Under the pieces are notes generated by a model. That model saw nothing but the letters and a program-made list of their open reading frames with translations. It did not search any database and had not been told where the DNA came from. This document shows positions 10,845 through 22,720 of a DNA stretch of 64,000 nucleotides, one piece after another. Each line of letters begins with the position of its first letter. Position 1 is the first letter of the stretch. Made by a program: the position numbers and the translations under genes. The DNA is from Octopus bimaculoides (lineage: Eukaryota): positions 50,884,860 through 50,948,859 of the forward strand of contig NC_068995.1 of the NCBI RefSeq assembly GCF_001194135.2, written 5' to 3'.

Positions 10845-11989
10845 AAAGAAAATCTATCTTTGGTGTGATAGCAACTTCACAAGCAACGTTTGTCAGCTAC
10901 ACTCCATCATGGTATGTGTCACCAGTGAGCGTATGTAATTGCATGCATGCTTGTGTGTATGTGTTTCTGTATATGTTGAAGCGGTGAACAGTTCTTGGAT
11001 GTAATCAATGGTGTATTTATTGTAGTAGTTTGACTAGAATGAGTCATCATAAGAAGATGCATATGTGAAGACAATAAACTAAACTTCACTGGTAAATAAT
11101 GACTGTGTCATTGGTAAATTTTAAGAGAGAAGACCACAGATTTCCAGATAGTCTGCGAAAGAGAGGACGAAGGCTTGTATGACTTATAAGGTGTGAAATT
11201 AATAGTAGGTAGCTTTTCTGCTTGGTTGTTTTCGATGTTTTTATTTGCTTTTAACTTTTGCCAGAAATAGCATAGATTTACCACTTAAAACAGATTGAAC
11301 ACATTTGGAAATTTTAGTGACAATCTGTATGCAAGCTGAAGAGAGGGAAGCTTATCAATTCCGTTACTGCTGCTAGCAATAATGAAGGCTTTTACAGATT
11401 CTAAATAGTAATTCTTATAACATGCTAAACCATTTCAAGTACAAGAGCACTGACAATGGTTAATTCTGAAGCGTTAGGATAAATTAATGAGAAATGGATA
11501 CGTTTAGAGATTTAGAATTTATGTTAGAATTATCTTGTTGGAAGTAAAATCTTTGGTGTCATTGGCTGCTAAAAGATCTGAACCTTGTTACCTACTCTTT
11601 GAGTAGAACCAGGATTTCCAGTCTTCTGTGAATGTATTCTATTATTGTTACAATTGAGTAGTTTACTCTTTTAAATATATATTCTTCATTCATATGATCA
11701 GGTTCTGACTGGAATTGGGTATTTTCCTAATGCAGATTGATCAGATATATTGCTGTAGACACACAATGATCAAATGAATGACAGTGTTATTTAACTTTCA
11801 AGTTATAAGCATGAATGTATGGTTAAAAAGTTCACTTTACAGCAGTATGGTTCCATTTTGTAGTCAGAGTATCTCCCCTAGATCTGTGTGTATAAAAACT
11901 GTACTGGGGGTCACTGAGAAAGTAGAGAAACTGAAAGAGATAAAGGAGATGGTTGTTTATGATTGTTTCCTTGGGAGAGAAAGATTAGT

Positions 11990-12205
11990 TTAACCTCCCC
12001 CACTACCAATCAACTCTTTTGGGCAACCTTATGATCAAAGATATTCCTACCTTGACCATCCTGTGGACAGAGAACCCATGAGCACATTATCCAGTGAGCT
12101 ACTTTAAAAAAAAAAAGTAGGATCTGATATGAAGGTGATTTACCTGTTATTTCTAGCAGATTGAGTGACCCTGTAGAGGCTCCTTCAGTGACTTCAACTC
12201 ATTCC
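11990..12205 (-). mobile_element. SINE-E copy
   Basis: 'accttatgatcaaagatattcctaccttgaccatcctg...ttatttctagcagattgagtgaccctgtagaggctcc'. Confidence 0.7.
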
Positions 12206-12383
12206 TTGTTTGGTGTTTAACTGAAGAAAAAGGACTGGATGCTTTATTGTGTCAGGGCAACTGGAGAAGTTCTTGAGCCATAGTGTGGACCTTGAACCCC
12301 AAATTAAAAGTAAATATAAAATTGCTACTTAAACTTGCCATTTTGTTTGATGGATAGTGCATAAGAGCATTTTACAAAGTTAA

Positions 12384-12593
12384 CCCTTTTGTTACCATAT
12401 TTGCTTTATGTTTCTTTCAATTTTAAATATAACAAAGAATTTAGCAAAATAATTTAGTTATTATTAAAGCTAGTGTTAGGAACATAAATTGTGACTAAGG
12501 TCTGGTGGAAGATTTTAATTCAGAACTTTTGAAAACAGAACATTTGTACTACAGAGCCAGAGGCGGTTTCAGGCGAGTTTGGTATCAGAAGCG
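12384..12593. mobile_element. piggyBac-type MITE (210 bp)
   Basis: TTAA at 12380-12383 and 12594-12597. Termini CCCTTTTGTTACC ... GGTATCAGAAGCG are imperfect inverted repeats. Same family as 54983-55165. Confidence 0.75.
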
Positions 12594-12863
12594 TTAATGA
12601 AGAAGAGACCCTCTTGGAATCAGAAGCCTCAACTGTCTGTTGGTTTTGTAATGGATCAGTGGATGGAGGCAAACTTAGCAGTCTTTATAAACATCTTCAG
12701 TTTTATAGCTTTCTTGGTGCACCACTGTAGCTGTCGTCCAGAAATGTTACATACAGTAGATGAGTGTCTAAGCCAGAAGAGATTTATCTCCTATCAACTA
12801 AACACCATATTGATAGAATAAAGCCTCAGACTTCACTGGCTGCTTCAGTTAAAATAATCACTT

Positions 12864-12951
12864 GACCACTACCTATGAGGAGAGACCACTACCTATGAGG
12901 AGAGACCACTACCTATGAGGAGAGACCACTACCTATGAGGAGAGACCACTA
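12864..12951. repeat. Perfect 20-bp tandem repeat x4.4
   Basis: GACCACTACCTATGAGGAGA x4 + GACCACTA. Confidence 0.95.
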
Positions 12952-13004
12952 TATGTAGTGGCTGAAAGAAAGACTGAACGAAATAGTCATAATTTCCCTC
13001 AGTC

Positions 13005-13380
13005 ACAATCACCTTTCACTCAGTTTCTCTCTCTCATTTTCTTACACACACTCTCTCTCTCTCTCTCTCACCCTTTCTCTCATTCACATACACCCTCTCA
13101 CTATGTCTCCCACTCCAACTTTATCTCACAGTCTCTATCTCTCTCTCCCTCTCTCTCTCTCTCTCATTTGATCTCATTCTCTTTTCTTTCTCGAACCCCT
13201 CTCTCTCTTGGTTCATCTCTCTTTTTCTCACTCAGTCTCACACTTTCTCTCACACAAATTGTCTTACATTTTATATATATATATATATATATCTTGCTTT
13301 CTCTCTCTCTCACATTCGTTCTCACTCTTTTTACCTTCACTACCTCTCCCTCTGTCTCTCTTCCCTCTCTCTCCTCTTAC
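13005..13380. repeat. Long (CT)n-rich pyrimidine tract
   Basis: Interrupted (CT)n/(TA)n runs. Confidence 0.9.
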
Positions 13381-14629
13381 AGATCCTGGTATTGGTTTGC
13401 TAGGCTTAACAAAAAAAAAGAAAAATTAACATAATTTATCTATTTATGGTCTAACACAACTCGAGACCCATACAGCATTGCACATAAATATACATACACA
13501 CACATATATATATATACACACATACCTGTACATACACCCCACGTATATGCATATGCAATGTGCATGCCTATTCAACATGCACATGCAACATACAAACTTA
13601 TACTTGCTGCACATACATAATACCCTCATGCACTTGCATAGACTTACAGGAAGAATATGTAACATAACCATTATTTCGATTCTAAATTCTTCATGTAGTC
13701 TTTTCTGCTGTGGTTTTCAGAGTTTCATTTTTCTTTCATTCCCCACCCCACCTCCACCATTCTTATTGTTACTTTAAGAATTCTTATTTGCCAACTGTTA
13801 AATTCCAGACTTTTCTCTCTAAGACAACTGGTAATCGATTCTTTTAGAAAGACATTCATTGAAATTTGAAGTTGTTTGTTTTGTTGTTTTTTTTTTTGTT
13901 TCGTTTTGTTTCAATTTTGGAGTAAAAGGGTATTTTTCTTTCTTTCTGGTTTTCTTTCTTTCTTTTTTTTTGTTGTCTTTTTGCTGTTGTTGTTGTTTTG
14001 GCTTAGACACATTTCTGATAGCAAATATCACTTATTTCTGCCATGAACTTAAGTCACAATGACAACAACAACAATAACAGCAACTTCGTTAATGATNNNN
14101 NNNNNNNNNNNNNNNNNNNNNNNNNNNNNNNNNNNNNNNNNNNNNNNNNNNNNNNNNNNNNNNNNNNNNNNNNNNNNNNNNNNNNNNNNNNNNNNNNNNN
14201 NNNNNNNNNNNNNNNNNNNNNNNNNNNNNNNNNNNNNNNNNNNNNNNNNNNNNNNNNNNNNNNNNNNNNNNNNNNNNNNNNNNNNNNNNNNNNNNNNNNN
14301 NNNNNNNNNNNNNNNNNNNNNNNNNNNNNNNNNNNNNNNNNNNNNNNNNNNNNNNNNNNNNNNNNNNNNNNNNNNNNNNNNNNNNNNNNNNNNNNNNNNN
14401 NNNNNNNNNNNNNNNNNNNNNNNNNNNNNNNNNNNNNNNNNNNNNNNNNNTGTTGTTGTTGCTGGTACTATTATTATTATTATTATTATCATCATTATTA
14501 TTATTATTTGTGTGTGTGTGTTTCCTGTTGGAAAATCAATTAAACTTTTGTATTTGAGCATTTAGTTTTGAGGATTCTGTTAGTTTTTGACTTTTTGTCA
14601 ATACTTTTACTTCCAAATTCTTACTGTTT

Positions 14630-14692
<63 letters not shown>

Positions 14693-15144
14693 TTATATAG
14701 AGAGAGATTCACATGTGAGTGTATGTTTGTTTAAAATTCTTTGCTTTTTGACAGTGCTCCAGCATGGCCTTCAAGGTTATGCTCCTTGACAACCTTCGTT
14801 GCGATGGCTAATATTTATTTAAGAGCATTTGTTGTGATTATAACATAGCTACTGTCTTATCAGACCTAAGTTTATTGTCGTCAACAACATTACTATCGAC
14901 ATCATTGTAGCAATCTCGATTGACATCACCACAGCCCTTGTCATTGTAAATATCATCCCTACACACTTCCACTCTTAATTATCATCATCGCCACTACTTT
15001 TGCCCCCTGTTAATGCCCTCCCCCCACTTCCCACATCCTTGTCAATGCCCCTATCCACTGCCCTCATCCTTATTGGTACCTCTACTTCCCTGCCCTCGCT
15101 GATGCTGCCATCACCTTTTTCCTTGGTGCTGCTGCCATTGAAGG

Positions 15145-15290
15145 TGTGTAGTTTAGTGGTTACGGGTATTTGGCTCATGATTGTAAGGGCATGAGTTCGA
15201 TTCCTGCTGGCATGTTGTTTCCTTGAGCAAGACACTTTATATCACATTACTCAAGTCCACTCAACTGGCAAAAATGAATAGTACAGTAAC
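15145..15290 (+). mobile_element. SINE-B (tRNA-derived head)
   Basis: A-box-like 'tagtggttacgg', B-box-like 'gagttcgattcc', core 'ccttgagcaagacacttta'. Confidence 0.75.
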
Positions 15291-15446
15291 TCCTCGTCAT
15301 ATCGAAGTTCACCTATCACAGTTTATTATTTAAGCTTACACCAATTCCTCTGTTGTGTTGTTGTGCATTTATAATAAAATAAATATATATAAATTATAAA
15401 TATAATAAAAGAAAAATATACACTACAGTACAGTTTCTACAGAATT

Positions 15447-15603
15447 GGGTTTTTTTTTAGTTTCTGTTTACCAAAATCCACTCACAAGGTTTTGGTCAGA
15501 CGGGGGCTATAGTAGAAGACACTTGCCCAAGTTGCCACACAGTGGGACTGAACCCAGAACCACGTGGTTGGGAAGCAAACATCTTACCACACAACCATAC
15601 CTG
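15447..15603 (-). mobile_element. SINE-C 5' half
   Basis: 'ccaaaatccactcacaagg...ctatagtagaagacacttgcccaag...agtgggactgaaccc'. Confidence 0.85.
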
Positions 15604-15896
15604 CACCTCTTCATTAAAGTGAAATTTTCATCGGCCATTGATAAATTTCTCATTTTAAATCTCACTCTAAAAAAAAATAAACAGAACAGAATAACCCCCC
15701 CCCAAAAAAAAACCCTCCAGTAGTTGTCATTTTGTTTGAAATAAATATCGACTGATGTGTTTAGTTAAGTCTACATTGACACAGTTATATTGAACTAGTT
15801 TTGATTCAAATTAGTAAATGTTTGGATTAAAATTAGTAAGTCCTTGGCAAGTGGCTTAAGCTTTGTAAATTTCAGTCATTTTTGTTTTAGGCAAAC

Positions 15897-16045
15897 ATAG
15901 GTGTAGGTATGGCCGTAGGTTTGGAAGTTTGCTTTGCAGCTACATAGTTCTGGGTTCAATTGCACTGCTTGGCACCTCAGACAAATAACTTCTTCTGTAA
16001 CCCTACGTCAACCAATGTCCTGTGAGTGAAAGTGGTAGATGGAAA
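15897..16045 (+). mobile_element. SINE-C 5' half (diverged)
   Basis: 'ataggtgtaggtatggcc...gggttcaattgcactgcttggcacc...tgtgagtgaaagtggtagatggaaa' followed by (TA)n. Confidence 0.7.
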
Positions 16046-16104
16046 GTGTTTATATATATATATATATATATNNNNNNNNNNTACATATATATATACATAT
16101 ATAC

Positions 16105-16263
16105 AAGCTTCTTTCAGTTTCCGTCTACCAAATCCACTCACAAGGCTTTGCTGAGCCTGAGGCTATAGTAGAAGACACTTGCCAAAGGTGCCACGCAGTG
16201 GGAATGAACCCAGAACCATGTGGTTGGTAAGCAAGCTACTTACCACACAGCTTCTCCTGTACC
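16105..16263 (-). mobile_element. SINE-C 5' half
   Basis: 'gcttctttcagtttccgtctaccaaatccactcacaaggc...agcaagctacttaccacacagc'. Confidence 0.9.
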
Positions 16264-17564
16264 TGTGATACGGGAAGCAATTTGATCAGCTAAACTCTGC
16301 ATCCAAGGCAGTTCTACAGCAGATTCACAGACCAATAAACGAAACCAGCTGAAGAATAAAAGACAAGAGTGATGTTACACTGTAAGCATTCTGGAAATAG
16401 AGTTTTGGTGCAATACTTTCTGTTTCTTCAATCTTGCTTTAAACTAATTTGTTTGGAGTAGCAATTATGACTGTAAACTATAAAATAATAATCCCTAAAT
16501 TTCATTTCACAAGACAGTAAATGATATTCATCATCATTTAACATCCGTTTTCCATGTTGGCATGAGTTGGACAGTTGGACAGGAGGTGACAAGCCAGAGG
16601 GCTGCACCAGGGCTTGGCCAAAGGAGAAAACATCTGTCTTATAGTCTATTGAAATTTAAGTGTTTTCTCATGGATTCAGTGCTAGCAGCAGTGGTGATTG
16701 GTCTTGGATGGGGTGTGTAACATTGACCCTTTGTCCAGACGAGTATTCCAATGACATTACAACTCATAATTTTTTTTCTCGCTTTTAACCTAAATAGAGG
16801 AATAATTTCTACATACCAAATATATCAAATATATATTTTTAATATTGTATATATTTAATTTTCATGTGTGTATGTAGTCTGACATCTGCAATTTGTTTAT
16901 AGAAACTAATGGCATATTTTGACAAATTCATATTTTACTTTCATTGAAAGTTAGTGTAACCACAAGAAAAAAAAATCCATTCAGTTCTGGTTTATGTAAA
17001 ATATTTCTAGATTTCATTTATAACAAATGATGTGAAAATAGGAATAAGTGAGCTCCTTCACTGTTATTTCTGCTTCAGTTTCAATTCCTTATTTAGGCAT
17101 TCTTCATCAGGTATGTTTTATATAACTTAGAGAAAAGCCTGAGTGTGACAAAACACACCCCAGTCCCTTCCTAAAATATGTAGCTTTATGCTCTCTCTCT
17201 CTCCTCTCTTTCTCTCCCTCCCTCTGCCCTCTCTCTCTTTCAGATGGCTCTCTATTACCTTACCAGTCAATAATAACATTGGATTGTTTAATATGTCGGA
17301 CATGCAAGTCTGTACAAATCAAAAACTCTCTATGCAATACCATATTGATTATAAACCTCCTTTAATAGTAGTAGTGCATCTGATGAAAATACAAACAACT
17401 TTTTTTTGACTGAATTTCGTAGAAGCAATGGATATTGATGTCAAATTATTGTCATCAACAAGCATATATTGATGTGTGTGTGTGTTAGTGTGTGTATGTA
17501 CATGTGTGTGTGCGTGCACTGAAATTTGTTCACTTTGACTTTTGAGTTTCACCGTTCTCTTTGA

Positions 17565-17785
17565 CAAGCTAGTAGAATTGTTAAAGCATCAGATAAAATG
17601 CTTAATGGTATTGCTTCTGGTTTCTTGTGCTCCGTGTTCGAATTTCACTGAAGTTGACTTTGCCTTTCATTTTTTTCGGGGATTGATAAAATAAAGTACC
17701 TGTCAAGTGCTGGGGTCAGTGTAATTGACTTACCCACTTCCTCTAAAATTTACTAACTTTGCACCAAAATTTGAAACCACTAATT
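17565..17785 (+). mobile_element. SINE-D
   Basis: 'gctagtagaattgttaaagc...gttgactttgcctttcat...gataaaataaagtacc...ctggggtcagtgtaattgac'. Confidence 0.75.
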
Positions 17786-17789
17786 TAAG

Positions 17790-17960
17790 ATGCCATGTCT
17801 TGTAGCATGGTTTCTACAGCTGGATGCCCTTCCTAATGCCAACCACTTTACAGAGTGTGCCGGATGCCTTTTACATACCCCTGGCACAGGTGCATTTGCG
17901 CAGCAGTGGCACGAGCGCTTTTTATGTGGCACCAGCACCTGTAAAGGACAAGCCTGTATG
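17790..17960 (-). mobile_element. RTE 3' tail
   Basis: 'tttctacagctggatgcccttcctaatgccaaccactttacagagtgt'. Confidence 0.85.
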
Positions 17961-18277
17961 TATGAGCATAATTTTTACTTATTTCAAATAAATGTTATTC
18001 CAGCACTTTGTCATTGATAACAAAGTAGTAAAAAAAATTTAATTACTTATTGCACAAGTTGCTGGCTGTATATGGCGGCCTAATTGCAATATTATGTATT
18101 TAGAAATATTGATTGAAAACTTTATAAAACTATTTATAACTATTTGTTCTTTTTTATTTTATATTTTTTTTTATTATTTAGAAATTTTATTTTGGTCAGC
18201 GGATGACGTGTTTAATATTCTGACAAAAAGAAAAAAAGGTGATTCATCAATATTATTTACTCATTAACAAGCTCAAG

Positions 18278-18510
18278 AGGAAGCTTCTACACAGTCACTC
18301 AACTGGCTAGAAATAGTAGCCAATTCCCCTCAAATTATACATTACTATCTTAAAAAAAGAAGCTGAATACATTTGATAATGATGTAATCTTAGATATATT
18401 GCCTGAGAAAAAGTGAGGTACAGTGGTTATGGTTGGAGCACCTTTGATTGCAGGTATACTGAATCGAGGCTGACCTGCAGTTAAACACCATGACCACCAC
18501 TACAACAATC
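18278..18510 (+). mobile_element. SINE-E copy
   Basis: 'cagtcactcaactggctagaaatagtagccaattcccctcaaat...ggctgacctgcagttaaac'. Confidence 0.7.
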
Positions 18511-18824
18511 AACATCCAAAGAGGGGTCTTTTTTTACAGTCATTTGCCCAACTTCAAATCACATGCTGCTGTCTTTAAAAAAAATTTTTTTAAAAGGACA
18601 TGNNNNNNNNNNNNNNNNNNNNNNNNNNNNNNNNNNNNNNNNNNNNNNNNNNNNNNNNNNNNNNNNNNNNNNNNNNNNNNNNNNNNNNNNNNNNNNNNNN
18701 NNNNNNNNNNNNNNNNNNNNNNNNNNNNNNNNNNNNNNNNNNNNNNNNNNNNNNNNNNNNNNNNNNNNNNNNNNNNNNNNNNNNNNNNNNNNNNNNNNNN
18801 NNNNNNNNNNNNNNNNNNNNNNNN

Positions 18825-18866
<42 letters not shown>

Positions 18867-19640
18867 ATTTCTAGATGTGTTTGCATTTCCTTTCTATTAA
18901 TAATTATGTTTGTATTAGGTGTGAAACAATTATTTTATGAAAAGCATTTGAGGTATACAAACCAATTAGAAGCTCTATATTTAATATGTATATTAAACCT
19001 GTATGTCTTCATCCTCTTATTCCTCATTAATCCTCCTCCTAATCAACCTCATTATCATCATCAGCTGTGGTGTCTTGTATTTACATATTCCACCACCAGC
19101 TAAATAGACGTTTCTAAGTGTGATCCTGCTTTGTAGTCCCAGCTCTTTTAACTCCTGTTCCTTGCATTAATTTTAATTGATATTCACATCAGATCAACCC
19201 AGTTATCTATAATATATTCACTGTACTTTGTTATTTATGAATTTATACTCACATCAGTTCAGCTCTGATTGGTGATATATATCCAATATATTTTGTTAGC
19301 TTATACACATCATATCATCCCAGATTTATAATAATAGTGCCTTCTGTATTTTTGTTATCATTTTATACTTAGATCACCTGTGATATATTGTTCATCTTCT
19401 ATATTTCTTTGTCATACTCTTCACCAATTACCTTGTTCTTTACTTTATTAGTTTTATTTAAATCTAGTTTATTGCAGTAAATTTCATCAGCTCCCATCTT
19501 TGTTTAGTTTGCAAATGTGTATTTAAGTTATGAAGAATTACAACTGGTTGTTGTTGTTGTTGTTGTTTTGTCCTAAGTTTGCTCCTTATAGACAGACCTA
19601 TCATTGAATGTCTTGCACTTATGACCATCCTGTCTCTTAC

Positions 19641-19716
19641 TCAGATTGGTCAGAGGGGTTTTCAGCTGCAGTTTCTTGTTGGTTGACTGACCGTGCAGAA
19701 GGTTCCTTGTTTGCTT
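19641..19716 (-). other. Candidate exon (76 bp)
   Basis: Minus strand: first AG after a long T-rich tract; donor CTGA|GTAAGA; open frame (E)ANKEPSARSVNQQETAAENPSDQS(E). The donor abuts a SINE-E tail. Confidence 0.25.
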
Positions 19717-19892
19717 CTTGTTTCAGTTGTTTATTATCATTAGGAAGTAAAATGAAAAAAAAATTAAAAATTGATTTTTTTTTTTTTTCTGGATTATTTA
19801 ATCTCAAATTAATCCAGAAATAAAGATTAATGTTTGTCTTTTCACAGAATGTGTTACTACAAAGTATAGATGGTGGTGTTGACCTATGCATG

Positions 19893-20447
19893 ACTGGTGC
19901 TTATTGTGTGCCACCAGCGCAGGAGTCAGTCAGGTGGCACTGGCATCGGCCACAACTACAATTTCAATTTGATTGTGATTTGATTTGATTTGATTTTGAT
20001 TTACTTGACTCAATTGGTCTCCTCAAACACGGCATGTCGCCTGACGGTTCAAAGGTACATTTTAAATGGGTTGGTTATGCGACACTGGTGTAGACTACAA
20101 CTGTGATCTCACTTTTCTTGCCGGATCTTCTCGATCATAGCATATCTCCAGAGGTCTCGGTCTTTTGTCACTGCCTCTGTGAAGCCCACCATCCGAAGGT
20201 CATACTTCACCACCTCATCCCATTTCTTCCTGGGACTCCCTCTTCCACAGGTTCCTTCCACTGTTAGGGAGAGACACTTCTTCACAAAGCTCTCCTCATC
20301 TATACGCAGTACATGACCATACCAGCGCAGTCGTCTCTCTTGCACGCCACATCTGATGCTTCTTATGTCCAACATTTCTCTTGGGGCACTTACACTCTGT
20401 CGTGTGGGCACACTGACATTACACATCCTGCGGATCATACTAGCTAT
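19893..20447 (-). mobile_element. RTE-clade LINE, 5'-truncated (ORF C-terminus + 3' UTR)
   Basis: ORF 20109-20438 has RRLRWYGHVLR..VEGTCGRGSPRKKWDEVVKYDL..TKDRDLWRY, the typical RTE C-terminal motifs. The 5' end abuts a TA/TG microsatellite. Confidence 0.92.
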
Positions 20448-20941
20448 ATGTGTATATATATATATGTATGTATATGTATGTATATTTGTGTGTGTGTGAG
20501 TGTGTGTATCTAGTTAAAAACAAAATAACCTGTGTATACAAGTTTGCATTTAATATACATCTGTACATGTGTAGTTAAATGTATTAAGGGTGAATTTTGG
20601 AGAATTTCATTTTACATCTCAGTATATATGTATTCACTCAACACACACAGACATGTGTACATGCGCTGAGTACCCCCCCCCCCCCACACACACATACATA
20701 CACATGAGCACACACATGCACACATGTGTCACTCTATCCACAAATGACTCGTAAAGAAATCAACGCCACTAATCTATTTACTACGCACCCTTTATTGTTT
20801 TTGTCTAGGTGATTACTTTGTCATTAAAGGACCCCAGGGCATATTTCTGTGTGGCTATCGAAAGGATAATACCAGATCAGTTTGACTCCTTTATGTGTAT
20901 TTATCTCTGTATTTATCTGTATATGCATGTCTGTGTATCTG

Positions 20942-20978
<37 letters not shown>

Positions 20979-21571
20979 GTGTGCGTGCTTGATTTACTGT
21001 TTCAGACAGAATAGGGAGATGTTTAATAAATAATACACACTGAAGAGAATTAGATGAAAAAAAAAAAAAGAAATAATAAATAAAAAATGAAGTTATATAA
21101 AAACAAAAGCAGCTGCTTAACTTACAGCTTTAATTAACTTACAGCTTTTAGAAGGTTTAATTGGGATAAAGGAGACCTGTTTTGAAGGGAGATTACTACT
21201 ACTACTACTACTACTACAACATTATATTTATATATGAGATTACTGTTGATATATCACTCACAGTGCACTAAAATTTCACACCCTGTTGGATGGAGTTTTT
21301 TGTCACTCCATGACTTTATTTACAATGAAGAACAGCAGGATTTATGGCATTACAAATTCTTTTCGGTAAGTGGCACTCTTATATATACATACATATAAAT
21401 ATACAGATATATATATATATATATAATAAGTAATAATTATTTTGGTCATACTACATTCTGATTTTGACAGCCTGCTAGGTGATCAATAAAACAAGTACTA
21501 GTCAAATTGATACTGGAAACAATCCGGCCATGCCCTCCTTGTAAAAGTATAACCTTGTGCTATACCGTGTC

Positions 21572-21623
21572 TTCATCTGCATTAATTTACGTGCAGTTTC
21601 ATCTGCATTAATTTACGTGCAGT
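21572..21623. repeat. Perfect 26-bp direct duplication
   Basis: TTCATCTGCATTAATTTACGTGCAGT x2. Confidence 0.95.
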
Positions 21624-22349
21624 TTCAGTTTTTTGTGTCTCTTTTATCATTCCTACCACCTTCATTTTCATGGAAATAATCAACTGATTCTATTTCCTTT
21701 ACCAACAGATTTTTGCATCTTTTTACTGAGTGAGTTTCTGATCACTAAATCAACAAGTATGATGAAATTTGTACTTTGGTGATGAGGTCATGATAAGGCC
21801 AGAACCTGTCTCATACTTGTAGAAATAATTGTAATATTATTTTCTAATATTGAAAGAAGGCTACAAATTTTTTGGGAAGGGTACACCATTATTTGAAGCA
21901 ATATAATCCAATGTNNNNNNNNNNNNNNNNNNNNNNNNNNNNNNNNNNNNNNNNNNNNNNNNNNNNNNNNNNNNNNNNNNNNNNNNNNNNNNNNNNNNNN
22001 NNNNNNNNNNNNNNNNNNNNNNNNNNNNNNNNNNNNNNNNNNNNNNNNNNNNNNNNNNNNNNNNNNNNNNNNNNNNNNNNNNNNNNNNNNNNNNNNNNNN
22101 NNNNNNNNNNNNNNNNNNNNNNNNNNNNNNNNNNNNNNNNNNNNNNNNNNNNNNNNNNNNNNNNNNNNNNNNNNNNNNNNNNNNNNNNNNNNNNNNNNNN
22201 NNNNNNNNNNNNNNNNNNNNNNNNNNNNNNNNNNNNNNNNNNNNNNNNNNNNNNNNNNNNNNNNNNNNNNNNNNNNNNNNNNNNNNNNNCCTACTGAAGT
22301 TCAATATCCTTTTATTCTCATCGCTTATTTTAACTGTTTGATTTTCTGT

Positions 22350-22720
22350 CATTCTTGACGATGGCCAGGCACATCACATGAGAAGAAGAAGATGGGACAT
22401 GGGATGTTCAACTGTGGCCAATCATTCTGATGCATACTTGGAAGGCTCTGCTGCAGGTTGGGCACAGGCGGTCTGCTGGGACTGAAGGCATGGAGTTGGC
22501 TTTGAATTTGCGCAGTTTGCATTTTCTTTGTGGCCCTGCAATCCTGTTCTTTTCGTAGAAGGTGCAGCCCTATTTGTGTCGCTTTAGTTACAGATGTATT
22601 GACCAGCTGTTGATCTTTACTACCAAAATATCCTTTCTGATATTCTTCCTGATAGCACTTTTCTTCTATCTTTTTATATTCTTGAAACCCTGACATCCCT
22701 CTTCCATCCACATTTACGAT
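22350..22720 (-). mobile_element. RTE LINE C-terminus with terminal C2H2-like zinc finger (frameshifted relic)
   Basis: Alternative minus frame reads FYEKNRIAGPQRKCKLRKFKANSMPSVPADRLCPTCSRAFQVCIRMIGHS*TSH, resembling the CPxCxRxFxxRIGLxSHxRTH end of RTE/BovB-like ORFs. Confidence 0.75.

Noticed and set aside
10807-10850. Long poly(A) tract suggesting a processed pseudogene tail
   Set aside because: No recognisable upstream mRNA-like or retroposon body and no TSD.
12555-12821. Apparent plus-strand exon/ORF SQRRFQASLVSEALMKKRP...
   Set aside because: Its start lies in the right end of the TTAA MITE; no donor and no recognisable protein.
12864-12951. CRISPR-like regular repeats (also 4683-4892, 45151-45295)
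   Set aside because: Contiguous units with no unique spacers, no cas genes, and a eukaryotic context.
15145-15215. tRNA-like A/B boxes (also 51270-51345, 59080-59158)
   Set aside because: No complete cloverleaf, and they are followed by SINE body sequence, so they are SINE heads and not tRNA genes.
14975-15235. Gly/Ser-rich and Pro/Leu-rich ORFs
   Set aside because: Low-complexity (CCA/CAT-rich) DNA fused to a SINE-B head.
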